Assembly (NCBI GenBank): GCA_037444665.1 | Contig: JBBILZ010000010.1 | Location: forward strand, 1-48,895 | Length of the DNA stretch: 48,895 nucleotides | Source of the DNA: a candidate division WOR-3 bacterium | GTDB taxonomy: Bacteria; Hydrothermota; Tepidihabitantia; SM23-42; JAOAFX01 | Reading direction: 5' to 3' | Shown here: positions 27,512-37,016 of the stretch, piece after piece | How positions within the stretch are numbered: the first letter of the stretch is position 1 | How the letters are laid out: each line of letters begins with the position of its first letter | Translations under genes and position numbers: made by a program | Notes under the pieces: generated by a model | The model's database searches: none | What the model saw: the letters and a program-made list of their open reading frames with translations, nothing else | Told to the model about the DNA's origin: nothing

Positions 27512-27531
27512 AAATACCCCTTTTATAAAAT

Positions 27532-27559
27532 ATTTTAACTATAATATTACAAAAGTCAA
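27532..27559 (-). promoter_or_regulatory. sigma70-like promoter
   Basis: TTGACT-N16-TAAAAT; AGGGG RBS. Confidence 0.6.
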
Positions 27560-27635
27560 GGGTTGAAAACAAATGTATGCTCTTTTTAATTTAATTTTTG
27601 TTAGTGGGCCAGACTATAAATTTTAAATCACATCC

Positions 27636-27663
27636 TTGACTTTGCATGGTTTTGGCATAAAAT
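27636..27663 (+). promoter_or_regulatory. sigma70-like promoter of the thioredoxin-larE-chrA run
   Basis: TTGACT-N16-TAAAAT; AAGGAGG RBS. Confidence 0.65.
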
Positions 27664-27684
27664 AGACCCTATGAAGGAGGCTCT

Positions 27685-27951
27685 ATGAAAAAGGTCTATA
27701 TTTTTGGAAGACAAACCTGTCCGGTCTGTAAAGATGCTTTTGAAAAGTTAATATATTTTAAAGAAAAAAAGGGATTTAAGGCACCAGTTGAATATATTGA
27801 TATGGATACGGTTGATGGATTGGCACAGGGTTCATTTTATGAAGTGGCTGATATTCCGACCGTTATCATAATGGAAGGCGATAAAGAACTGATACGTTGG
27901 ACCAAAAAGCCACCTATCAGCGAAGAGTTTTTACCATACTTAAATGACTAG
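27685..27951 (+). CDS. Small thioredoxin/glutaredoxin-fold protein
   Basis: 88 aa; CPVC active site and cis-Pro motif IPTVII. Confidence 0.8.
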   Translation: MKKVYIFGRQTCPVCKDAFEKLIYFKEKKGFKAPVEYIDMDTVDGLAQGSFYEVADIPTVIIMEGDKELIRWTKKPPISEEFLPYLND

Positions 27952-28004
27952 ATATTTGAGACCAAAGATAAAGATAATATAATAGCCATACTGGGATATT
28001 AGAA

Positions 28005-28796
28005 TTGTCAATATTTGAAAAAAAATTACAAAAACTGAAAAAGATACTTTATTCTTATCCCGGGGTTGTGGTTGCCTTTTCTGGCGGTGTTGATTCTTCG
28101 CTTTTGTTGAAATTGGCAAAGGATGTTCTTAAACAAAAAGTTATTGCCGTGACTGCCTCATCTCCATTGTATCCTGATGCAGAGACGAGAATAGCAGAGA
28201 AGATAGCGGGTATGCTAAAGGCAAAGCACCTGATAATACATTCTAATGAACTTGAAAATCCTGATTTTGTCAAAAACCCGCAGAACCGCTGTTATTACTG
28301 TAAGATTGAATTATTCAAAAAATTAAAAGAGATTGCAAAAAAGTATGGATATGTTGTACTGGAAGGTAGCAATTACTCGGACCTTAATGATTTCAGACCA
28401 GGTTCTGTTGCGGCAAAGAGATTGAATATCAAATCGCCGCTTATGGAAGCACAATTGACAAAAGCAGAGATCAGAAAACTTGCGAGAAAGTTTAAATTAC
28501 CCAACTGGGATAAACCATCAATGGCATGCCTCGCATCAAGGATTCCTTATGGCATAAAGATTGATAAAGAAAATCTTGCGCGGATTGAAAGGGGAGAGGA
28601 GTTTTTAAGAAAACTGAATTTTTCTCAATGTCGGGTTCGGGACCATTTTCCTATTGCCCGCATTGAAATTGTAGAGAATGAGTTCAAAAAAATTTTTAAA
28701 TATAAAAAAAAGATAGTCAAACAATTCAAAAAATTCGGTTATAAATATATCACCCTTGATTTAGAAGGATACCGTACTGGTAGTATGAATCTATAA
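28005..28796 (+). CDS. larE: LarE-family ATP-dependent sulfur transferase
   Basis: PP-loop AFSGGVDS, RCYYCK, DFRPG, CLASRIPYG, RVRDH..ARIE and LDLEGYRTGSMN. Confidence 0.92.
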   Translation: MSIFEKKLQKLKKILYSYPGVVVAFSGGVDSSLLLKLAKDVLKQKVIAVTASSPLYPDAETRIAEKIAGMLKAKHLIIHSNELENPDFVKNPQNRCYYCKIELFKKLKEIAKKYGYVVLEGSNYSDLNDFRPGSVAAKRLNIKSPLMEAQLTKAEIRKLARKFKLPNWDKPSMACLASRIPYGIKIDKENLARIERGEEFLRKLNFSQCRVRDHFPIARIEIVENEFKKIFKYKKKIVKQFKKFGYKYITLDLEGYRTGSMNL

Positions 28797-29881
28797 TGAA
28801 ACTTCGTGAACTTGCAAAACCCTTTCTAAAAGTTGGACTGCTCGGCTTTGGTGGTGGTGTTGGTATGCTGGCAATTCTCCGCACTGAGTGCGTTAAGAAC
28901 AGGAAGATGGTCACTGATGATGAACTTACCAATGCAGTAGCAATTGGACAGATGCTGCCCGGACCGTTTGTTCCTAATTATTGTGAATATATCGGTTATA
29001 CACTTTGCGGAACAAAAGGGGCAATCGTTGCTGGCGTGTCATTACTATTTCCTTCTTTTATCTTAATGCTCATCCTTTCTTATCTATATCTTACTTTTCA
29101 TACTTTACCCGCAATTGAACAGATTTTTAAGGGCATCGGTGCTGTGATGACGGCGATAATTTTATGGGCAGATTATGATATGGGTAAACTATTGATTAAT
29201 AATCTCAACAGAATACTGGTCTTTGTATTCGCATTGATTCTGTTTATGATAAAATTTGACCCGGTCCTGACCGTGCTATTTGCTGGGTTATTAAATATTT
29301 TGCTTGAGCACATAAGATCACCAAAAATATTTTTTGCAGTACCAATATTTTTATTTGACTTTAAAAAACTGATTGAACTATTCTGGATATTTTTTAAAAT
29401 TGGTGCAGTAATCTTTGGCGGTGGCTATGCGGCAATCCCTTTTATCCAGAATGAAGTTTGTGTGTATCGCAATTGGTTAACAACAAAAGAATTTCTTGAT
29501 GGATTTGCACTTGGTCAGATTACTCCTGGACCAGTAGCCATTACCGCGACATTCGTTGGATTTAAGGTAATGGGTGTTATTGGAGCACTGGTTTCTACAA
29601 TCGCAATATTTTTACCATCTTTTTTGATGCTCATAGTTTTTGTCAGGATTTTCAAAAGAATTGAACAGAATAGATATGTAGTATCGTTCTTAAATGGAAT
29701 AAAAGCCGCAGTAGTTGCGATTCTATTATCCACTGGTATCTTTTTTATTTTCACTAACTGGTTAAATATTCATTATGGAATTTTTGGAATAGTCTGTCTT
29801 GCTCTGCTGATATTCTTAAAAAAACTTGACCCCTTATTATTAGTAATTGCTGGGATTTTATATGGTTTAATAGTTGGTTAA
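28796..29881 (+). CDS. chrA: CHR-family chromate transporter (long, two-domain)
   Basis: Two repeats: GFGGG..GQMLPGP and IFGGGY..GQITPGP. Confidence 0.9.
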   Translation: MKLRELAKPFLKVGLLGFGGGVGMLAILRTECVKNRKMVTDDELTNAVAIGQMLPGPFVPNYCEYIGYTLCGTKGAIVAGVSLLFPSFILMLILSYLYLTFHTLPAIEQIFKGIGAVMTAIILWADYDMGKLLINNLNRILVFVFALILFMIKFDPVLTVLFAGLLNILLEHIRSPKIFFAVPIFLFDFKKLIELFWIFFKIGAVIFGGGYAAIPFIQNEVCVYRNWLTTKEFLDGFALGQITPGPVAITATFVGFKVMGVIGALVSTIAIFLPSFLMLIVFVRIFKRIEQNRYVVSFLNGIKAAVVAILLSTGIFFIFTNWLNIHYGIFGIVCLALLIFLKKLDPLLLVIAGILYGLIVG

Positions 29882-29900
29882 ATAATTCAATAAAATTATT

Positions 29901-30551
29901 ATGAAAAAATCTTGCACATCATTAATTACTAAATATGTACCCTGTTATTTGATAATATCTCTAATTGCCTGTGCACCTGCACCTGTTCCGTCAAGTGAGG
30001 ATAATACACCAATTGATATTATCAATGACCCAGAAATGGAACTTTTATCACCGGCAGAGACACTTAAAATGACAATAAATAATATTGATTTTACAATAAA
30101 ACTAAAGGCAATATATAAAATCGGTGCAATTGTTTTGAGTAAAAAAGGATATTCTAATGCATGGCAGGGTAAAATGGCACCTTTTGATTTAGCCCTTGTC
30201 TGGGGTGAATTATTGCAAGAAGAGTTATATAAAAAGATTAAGTGGTGGCAGGAGGCACGCTGGTACCACTGGCGATATGATAATAATTTTCCAAAGGATA
30301 ATAGTTTTATTGCACGATATAGCTCAAACAATCATATTATTCCTGCAAATGAGAATATTTTAAATGTGCTAAAATGCATTAAAAAAGGTGATACATTGGA
30401 ACTTTCAGGATTCCTCGTGGATATTACTGGCAAAAAGGATGGTAATTCTTACTGGTGGTATTCATCAATAAGTACAAATGATACTGGTGATGGCTCCTGT
30501 GAAGTTTTCTATGTAAAAGAGGTTCGTCTAAAAGGCAAAGTTTATCAGTAA
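29901..30551 (+). CDS. Hypothetical lipoprotein
   Basis: LIAC lipobox-like motif; APFDLALVWG, SSNNHIIPA and GDGSCE look conserved; function unknown. Confidence 0.6.
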   Translation: MKKSCTSLITKYVPCYLIISLIACAPAPVPSSEDNTPIDIINDPEMELLSPAETLKMTINNIDFTIKLKAIYKIGAIVLSKKGYSNAWQGKMAPFDLALVWGELLQEELYKKIKWWQEARWYHWRYDNNFPKDNSFIARYSSNNHIIPANENILNVLKCIKKGDTLELSGFLVDITGKKDGNSYWWYSSISTNDTGDGSCEVFYVKEVRLKGKVYQ

Positions 30552-30553
30552 GC

Positions 30554-32932
30554 TCAAAAAATATAATCTAACTGGAGATTGATATTTGTAGTATTTTCAA
30601 AATTGGTAAAGTCATTCACCCTTAGCCCTGGTAGGTCAGGATAATATATTTCAGGATTATTATAGAGACCATTATGTTCCAGCGAGGTCTGTTTTTTACG
30701 AAATTTTAATTTCATTAAAAGATTTCCAATCTTTTGTGATGTTACAATGTAGTATTTTATCCCCCTATTTGAAAGAAAATCAATGCCAGTGTCTTCAAAT
30801 ATCCACTGGCTCATACCATCGGTTTGCCATAATACAATCCCACCCTCTACTGAGAATCCAGTAAGGAAATTATGTTCAAATGAAAAACTTAGAAATCCAC
30901 CATTGAGTTCAGTATCTTCTCCTTGTTCTGCAGTTAAAAATACATTGCCATTGCGATATTCAACACTGAGATTATCAAAATTAGAAAGATAAAATAGCAC
31001 ACGCACAGATGATTCAATGGTCTGTGAAAGAGTGGGGTGGAGCATTCTCGGTAGATATTTTTTAATGTATTTTTCTGAATATCTGATGCGCACAGGAAAA
31101 ACAGGCTTTAATTCAAATTCAAAGAATCCCCTTAAATTATTTAGTCCATGGCAGAGATTTTCAAACAGGTCAAGATAAGCACGGTTCAGGGTAATGTTTC
31201 TTGTTAACTGATAGCGGGTTTCAAAGAAGATTCCTTTTTCTGGTTTTGGTGCAGGGTCATCATATAATGCAATATATTCAGGGTTTACGAGTGCATAGGG
31301 TCTTTCAAATGGAGTATCTTCAAACCTTCGGTATTCAGAAAAACCACGATGGAATGGATTATCATAGTTAGTATCATAATAGCGATAGAGAATATTGAGA
31401 TAGAAGTATTCAAATTGAATACGGGATTTGATAAGATAGGCAAAAGACCTGTTTTCAAGGGCGTCCTTCTGGATTATATATTCACCTGAGAAAAATAAAT
31501 TTTTATATGGAATTAAAAATTCAGTACCATAATATCGCCTTTTTGCACTCTGCGAAAGCCCGGTAATTTCTGGATAGAACCACGGGTCATACTTATCAAG
31601 TGGTATATCAATCCACTTTGGGTCAGGGTCAATTTGCTGTTCAGGATATTCAAGTATCATCCCTTGAATAGCAAGATATGTTCCCTGATTAATTTTTTCC
31701 AGTGGAGAAAGTCTACAGTTTATACCCATCATCTGTTCATTCAATTTATCCTTCAAAAAAGGAAAATTATAATTATTGAAGATATGCCTCCAGATTGTTC
31801 CGTCAGGATTGACAATTGCATCACGGTTATTTGTAGCATAGAATCCAGATGGTTTGATGTATCCGATATTATCAGGTAAGTTGAGATAAAAACTTCCTGC
31901 TACACCAGTGAGGCTAAAATTTGTATTTTCAGTAAGGTCACCAAAGATGCCGGTTGAACGGCTGAATATTCTTGCCCTGTACTCATCAGTATTATCAATC
32001 ATCAATCCTTCGCCCCAGACTACACGATAATTTCCAAGATACAACCGATAAAGCGGTCCTACATTTGCGATGCCAACATAACCCTTGAGCAGATTATCAG
32101 GAGGATAATGTAGAATCCCCAGGCGTAATTTTTTTTCATAGTTTCCTTTTAATCTAAATGAATATGCTGGTTCTGGATTTTTATTGCTGAGAATTTTTAA
32201 TGAAGTATCAATCTCTTCCCTTAATTTTTCACATTCTGAATCGTCCCAGTTATAATAATTTTTCAGGTTAATTATAGTATTATCTATTTCATTGACTGCC
32301 TGTTCAAGATATGAGATTCTTGTTGCAGTGTTTTCATCCTCTCCTGTATCAAGACGATTGATATTCTCAAGTTTTAAACGAAGACTACCGTGCAATTTTT
32401 TTTCAACTTCGTCCGTATACTGAACATATCTTCGCAATGAAGTATAACTGTAATTGCTCAAACCCCTTATACGGCGCAGGTCCCTTGATGATTTTATCTC
32501 TCTTTGTGATATTGCGTTCGCTACTGCCTGGGCATCAACTGGTGTCATACGGTCAATCAAAAGCAGGTCATCAAATCGTGCTCTATTAACATTGATTGGT
32601 GAAAATAATAAATCTTCCCATTCATCAATCGCACCTTTTGAAGGTGGCTCTTCACTTGCAAGTTTTTTCTGTTCAGCAATTATTGAACCCCATTCAGTCC
32701 TTTCTGGAAAAGGTAGTGCAATTTTGACCAGCGGTTTTATTATTTGGAATGTTTCCATATCAATCTCTGGAATCTTTAATAGTTCATAAACTGAAGCCAG
32801 AGGTCCATAAGTTTCTCGGTATTCGTATATTCTTCTTGAAACTGTAGAATCAATGGGAAGGGTATAGAATTCATTTAGTTTTGCCCTATTTATGTCCAGC
32901 TGATAAGAAAAAAGAATAATTATACAAAACAT
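30554..32932 (-). CDS. Outer-membrane protein with two ComEA-type HhH modules fused to a C-terminal beta-barrel
   Basis: LDINRA..IYEYRETYGPLASVYELLKIP and PINVNRARFDDLL..DLRRIRGL; GNYRVVWGEGL; amphipathic strands ending LQLDYIF. Start taken as ATG 32932, 5 nt after the upstream stop (ORF track gives 32998). Confidence 0.75.
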   Translation of the reverse strand: MFCIIILFSYQLDINRAKLNEFYTLPIDSTVSRRIYEYRETYGPLASVYELLKIPEIDMETFQIIKPLVKIALPFPERTEWGSIIAEQKKLASEEPPSKGAIDEWEDLLFSPINVNRARFDDLLLIDRMTPVDAQAVANAISQREIKSSRDLRRIRGLSNYSYTSLRRYVQYTDEVEKKLHGSLRLKLENINRLDTGEDENTATRISYLEQAVNEIDNTIINLKNYYNWDDSECEKLREEIDTSLKILSNKNPEPAYSFRLKGNYEKKLRLGILHYPPDNLLKGYVGIANVGPLYRLYLGNYRVVWGEGLMIDNTDEYRARIFSRSTGIFGDLTENTNFSLTGVAGSFYLNLPDNIGYIKPSGFYATNNRDAIVNPDGTIWRHIFNNYNFPFLKDKLNEQMMGINCRLSPLEKINQGTYLAIQGMILEYPEQQIDPDPKWIDIPLDKYDPWFYPEITGLSQSAKRRYYGTEFLIPYKNLFFSGEYIIQKDALENRSFAYLIKSRIQFEYFYLNILYRYYDTNYDNPFHRGFSEYRRFEDTPFERPYALVNPEYIALYDDPAPKPEKGIFFETRYQLTRNITLNRAYLDLFENLCHGLNNLRGFFEFELKPVFPVRIRYSEKYIKKYLPRMLHPTLSQTIESSVRVLFYLSNFDNLSVEYRNGNVFLTAEQGEDTELNGGFLSFSFEHNFLTGFSVEGGIVLWQTDGMSQWIFEDTGIDFLSNRGIKYYIVTSQKIGNLLMKLKFRKKQTSLEHNGLYNNPEIYYPDLPGLRVNDFTNFENTTNINLQLDYIF

Positions 32933-32937
32933 TTCAT

Positions 32938-33726
32938 CTAAAATTGTGAGATGATTGAGATAATATGGTTTAAAGGCAGGTCTGCTAAATATGAACATCC
33001 ATAATTTATTCTAATGCCTCTGTAAAAAACACCGAAACCAAAGGATATCGCATTGGGATTGGTCTGCATACCCGCACAGAGATTAAGAAAATCCATTATT
33101 GTCAATTCACCACCAGTATGGAGCCGAATATTGTTGTCAGTTATTGATAGGTCGATCTCTGAACTGATATCTTCAAATGGTTTGTATCCAATACCTGCTT
33201 GCATTGAGATGGGCAATATGCCTTCTTCGGTGCTACTGAATTGAGGACCATTAAGATTGTGCCCATAAACACCAAGATACCATTTTTTTGATACATTCCC
33301 CAATAATCCTAAGTTCAGCCCGTATGCAAAACCAGTGCCTGTCCTCTTATTTTGAATCAGGTAAATATCTGAGCCTGCCCCTGCACAGAAATCTTTTGAT
33401 AACTTGATACTGTATGCGGTTGTCAGTGTCTGTTCTTTTTGTTCTTCAAAACCGAATTCACTGATACCGATGCCTAATCCGCCATAAAATATTGGTCGGG
33501 CAAAACCCACATAGATATTGTGCAAACCTTCAATATTTGAAAAAGTATATTCATAGCTTATCCCGGCAATATTTTTGTTGTTCAGTGCAAGTACGGATGG
33601 ATTAATCCTTAAGGCATCAAAACCACTTGTCGTTGCCACACAGGCAAAACCGAGTGCCTGCCCATTTGCTGAAACTACATAACGTTCAAATGCCTGAAAA
33701 AGAAAAAAGCATAGAATCAAATTCAA
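32938..33726 (-). CDS. PorQ/PorP(SprF)-like small outer-membrane beta-barrel
   Basis: AFE..SANGQALGFACVA..DALRINPSVLA N-terminal motif; GVYGHNLNGP; C-terminal HIISIISQF; TTG start after GGGGG. Confidence 0.7.
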   Translation of the reverse strand: MNLILCFFLFQAFERYVVSANGQALGFACVATTSGFDALRINPSVLALNNKNIAGISYEYTFSNIEGLHNIYVGFARPIFYGGLGIGISEFGFEEQKEQTLTTAYSIKLSKDFCAGAGSDIYLIQNKRTGTGFAYGLNLGLLGNVSKKWYLGVYGHNLNGPQFSSTEEGILPISMQAGIGYKPFEDISSEIDLSITDNNIRLHTGGELTIMDFLNLCAGMQTNPNAISFGFGVFYRGIRINYGCSYLADLPLNHIISIISQF

Positions 33727-33735
33727 ACTTCCCCC

Positions 33736-36700
33736 TTAGAATTGCGTGCCAATGACCAGAAGTTTTCGCAAAATTTTTGTTTTACCATCGGTTGCCCTTG
33801 CCTTCAGATTCAAAAGATAAATGCCAATTTTTTGTGGATGTCTATTATCATCCCTGCCATCCCAGAATATTTCTTGTGGGCCACCTGCACCCTGATATAG
33901 TTCTTTTATGATTCTGCCAGTCATATCATAGACTCTGAGAGTCAGTGTATAGGCGACCGGTGCATTTATCTTTATATGTGCCTGTTCACCTAATGAAGGA
34001 ATAAATGTTTTTGGACCGACAATTTCAAGTATTGGTTCACTGCTTGCTGAATCCATTTGTACCTGCTTTATATCATCAGGAAATCTGAGCAATAACTGGT
34101 ATCCAGATGTATACGGCATTTCCGGGTCATACTGTCCAACAATTCCCGTGAATATGCGTGTTTCATTTTTAATTATTGTAGCAGGATTGATACCACTCTG
34201 GGTTGTAAATCGCACATCAATGCCACAATCACCATTCAGAATCTCAAAATCATATCCATCACCTGTCTTATAGGGTGTTGATTTTACTGTTCCTTTTAAC
34301 TTAATGAGCATTCCTTCCATTTCTTCAGTTAGATACCTGTTCGGTTCAAGGAATAAAGGAGAGGGGATTGAATCCATCTTCAAAAACCAGGCATAGCCAT
34401 TGCTAATTTCGGTAAGTCCGTTATATTCAGATACTTTACCCAGCACCTTAAACCTTGCGCCCAGTGAATCTATGTATCTTGTAAATAAAGAATCACCAGA
34501 GGCATTATACACATTTATCCCGCCAGTATTATCCTGTATGTAAAAACTTGTGTTGCCTGAAGAAAAGACATAATCTGGACCAGTGATAATGCCTTCCACA
34601 AGAACCATACTATCAAGATATTTTGAGGAAACACCATCATTCCCTGGTGTCTGGCAATCAGCCATTGTCTTTATTTGTGGCATAATAAAAAGATGCGAAA
34701 AATCTGCAGTATCCCTGGGCAGTATTTCATAGCCGTTGTCCGGTATTGAACTTGATGTATACTGACTTTTAATACCAGTAATAGTAAATGTGTCTATAGG
34801 TGCGATATGTCCAGGAATATTTGTTCCTGCATTTATATATATTTTAAAAGCGGTGTTAAACATATCCCAGGCAGTGTAGGAGGTGGCTTCAAGAAGAAAA
34901 CCATCAAAATAATAGACACGGAGTTTGACCAGCATCCCTTCGTATGCTTCAGTATTTGCAATACTACCTGTTATTTCAATTGGTTGGGGTAGTGCACAAC
35001 CCTGCTTCACTCTTTGATATGTAAAATTAGTTAGTTCATTTTTTCCACGGTACTGGTCAACAATTCCTGTAGCAATAATACTGTCTCCATAAGTTAATGA
35101 AATGGGATAATTACTTGAATAGAGGCAAACACCACCAGTATTGTCCTGGACATATACTTCACGACTGGAAAATAGTCCGAGCGGTGCTGTAACTACACCC
35201 GAGATTGTAACAGTAGAATCAAGCAGGTCTGGAATAAAATTTGAATCAAGGTCCCTGAATGCTACTGAGATAGGCCAGACATATTCAATGCCATTATTTC
35301 TGCCTGGACTTGGAAATGCATTATTTATCCAGGTATTTGAGCCATTGGGCAACCGGGCAATAGAAAAATCAGGAATGACCTGAGAGCTCTGATACCATTT
35401 TTTGTCAAGCAAACGGTCAAAATTATCATAGAGGCTGAGCGTATCACCTGCCTGGTCCAAATCAGTCCAGGAACCAGACCAGTTTGCAGTCTGTAATGTA
35501 TCACCATCACCACTAATACATAATGCCTCTCCGCTCGCATATAAAAGAATATAACCAGAAGACGGCAGAGAAAAGATTTGCGGAATATTCATTGTGTGGT
35601 TGCCAATAAAATCTTTTAGTTTATAACCAGAGAGATTAATACTATGTGTTGATTTGTTAAATAATTCAATAAACTCTTCATCCAGGTCATTGTAATTGTT
35701 ATTATTATTGTGGTCAAAGGTTTGCGGGTCTGGCAAAAATTCATTTATCACCAGCAATGTTTCCAGAGCAGTCTGTGTGGTGCAGGATGGAACATTAGAA
35801 ATACCTGACCAGTTAGAATCTTCATCAGCAGTCTTCAAAGCAAAATAATAATGTGTATTAGGGAAGAGGTTAATAACCGTAAATGAATCGGTCTGTCCTG
35901 GGTTTGAAGGCATTGGTTCACCATAACATTCAATGGCAGAATAAAAATTAGACTCGTTTATTGGAAAATTTGCATACCTTATATCATAATAACTTGCCCT
36001 GCCTGTATTTCCATCATCACCAGTCGCGGTCCACTGTAATTTTACAAGATTAGAACCAATCTGGGTGATTGTTAGATTATTTACTGGTGACGGTGGAGTA
36101 GTATCAGGACTCATAGTCGTGTTAAAATAGAATGTATAATTTCCACCAGGTAAACCATTATTATCGCCGTCCAGCCGATTGCCCGCAATGTCACGAATTG
36201 TATCATAAACCGTCACATAAACAGTTTCGTTAAAGTGAAAGTTTATATCAGGATTAAATTGAACGATAAAGCTAATACTATCGTAGAGCAGTGCACCAGT
36301 GTGGCTTCCACTTGAACTTCCCTGGATATTGAATGCCTGGGGAATAATGGTCTGAGGGTCTATTGCTTCATTAAAATAGATTAAGATATTTGTGCTTATT
36401 CCAATCCCGGTATCGCTGTCTGCAGGAAATGTGCTGGTTATTATTGGTGGAATAGAATCAATATAAAAGGAGATAACCTTTACTGAGTCTAACCAGAAAT
36501 TGCAATTTGTAGAACCTAATGACCCATTAGGTCGGTCTTCATACCGAAATCTAATCCTTGCACTGTTAAAATTATCATATAAGAACAAACTTATTCGAGC
36601 AGTATCCCAGACATTTGTTGCGCCTGATTGTCCAATTTTCATCAATGTATAATATGTGATTCCGTCATTGGTAATCTCAATATACATCGTATCATCTGAC

Positions 36701-37011
36701 CCCATATTATTTGTCGGTTGTGAAAAACGGTACCAGAAAAATAGACTCTCTACACCAGTGCTATTAGCAAAGTCTAAACTAAGTGTGGTAAGGGTTGACC
36801 ATCCAGTCCTCAGTGTATCTGCAGCATCATATACCCTCTGCCTTGCCTGAATAGAATCAGGGCTTGAACTCGCCTGCTCATAGCGGTACCAGGTTGTCAT
36901 ATTTGAACCCGAGCGCAGCGTATCCCAGCCTGCCGGAGGGAATTGGGGATTGGTAAAACTTTCAACTAATAGAGGCGTTTGAGTAATGAATAAAAATATT
37001 AAAATGTGCAC
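33736..37011 (-). CDS. Large secreted multidomain protein: beta-sandwich, SbsA Ig-like, FN3, lamin-tail domain, tandem OB folds, FlgD-like C-terminal sorting domain
   Basis: PPIITSTFP..YFNEAID..GNRLDG (Ig); WTATGDDG..YYFALK (FN3); LVINEF..EFIELFN..LSGYKL..PSPG (LTD); two copies of GVVT..YVQDNTGG..G.V.(Q/E)Y.G..E plus EGML(V/I)KL..QY (OB folds); VYDMTGR..WDGRD..GIYLL. Confidence 0.8.
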   Translation of the reverse strand: MHILIFLFITQTPLLVESFTNPQFPPAGWDTLRSGSNMTTWYRYEQASSSPDSIQARQRVYDAADTLRTGWSTLTTLSLDFANSTGVESLFFWYRFSQPTNNMGSDDTMYIEITNDGITYYTLMKIGQSGATNVWDTARISLFLYDNFNSARIRFRYEDRPNGSLGSTNCNFWLDSVKVISFYIDSIPPIITSTFPADSDTGIGISTNILIYFNEAIDPQTIIPQAFNIQGSSSGSHTGALLYDSISFIVQFNPDINFHFNETVYVTVYDTIRDIAGNRLDGDNNGLPGGNYTFYFNTTMSPDTTPPSPVNNLTITQIGSNLVKLQWTATGDDGNTGRASYYDIRYANFPINESNFYSAIECYGEPMPSNPGQTDSFTVINLFPNTHYYFALKTADEDSNWSGISNVPSCTTQTALETLLVINEFLPDPQTFDHNNNNNYNDLDEEFIELFNKSTHSINLSGYKLKDFIGNHTMNIPQIFSLPSSGYILLYASGEALCISGDGDTLQTANWSGSWTDLDQAGDTLSLYDNFDRLLDKKWYQSSQVIPDFSIARLPNGSNTWINNAFPSPGRNNGIEYVWPISVAFRDLDSNFIPDLLDSTVTISGVVTAPLGLFSSREVYVQDNTGGVCLYSSNYPISLTYGDSIIATGIVDQYRGKNELTNFTYQRVKQGCALPQPIEITGSIANTEAYEGMLVKLRVYYFDGFLLEATSYTAWDMFNTAFKIYINAGTNIPGHIAPIDTFTITGIKSQYTSSSIPDNGYEILPRDTADFSHLFIMPQIKTMADCQTPGNDGVSSKYLDSMVLVEGIITGPDYVFSSGNTSFYIQDNTGGINVYNASGDSLFTRYIDSLGARFKVLGKVSEYNGLTEISNGYAWFLKMDSIPSPLFLEPNRYLTEEMEGMLIKLKGTVKSTPYKTGDGYDFEILNGDCGIDVRFTTQSGINPATIIKNETRIFTGIVGQYDPEMPYTSGYQLLLRFPDDIKQVQMDSASSEPILEIVGPKTFIPSLGEQAHIKINAPVAYTLTLRVYDMTGRIIKELYQGAGGPQEIFWDGRDDNRHPQKIGIYLLNLKARATDGKTKILRKLLVIGTQF

Positions 37012-37016
37012 CGAAC

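Noticed and set aside
32933..32998. ORF-track start of the HhH-barrel gene at 32998
   Set aside because: It would overlap the upstream gene by 61 nt and add a non-signal-like extension; ATG 32932 follows the upstream stop by 5 nt.
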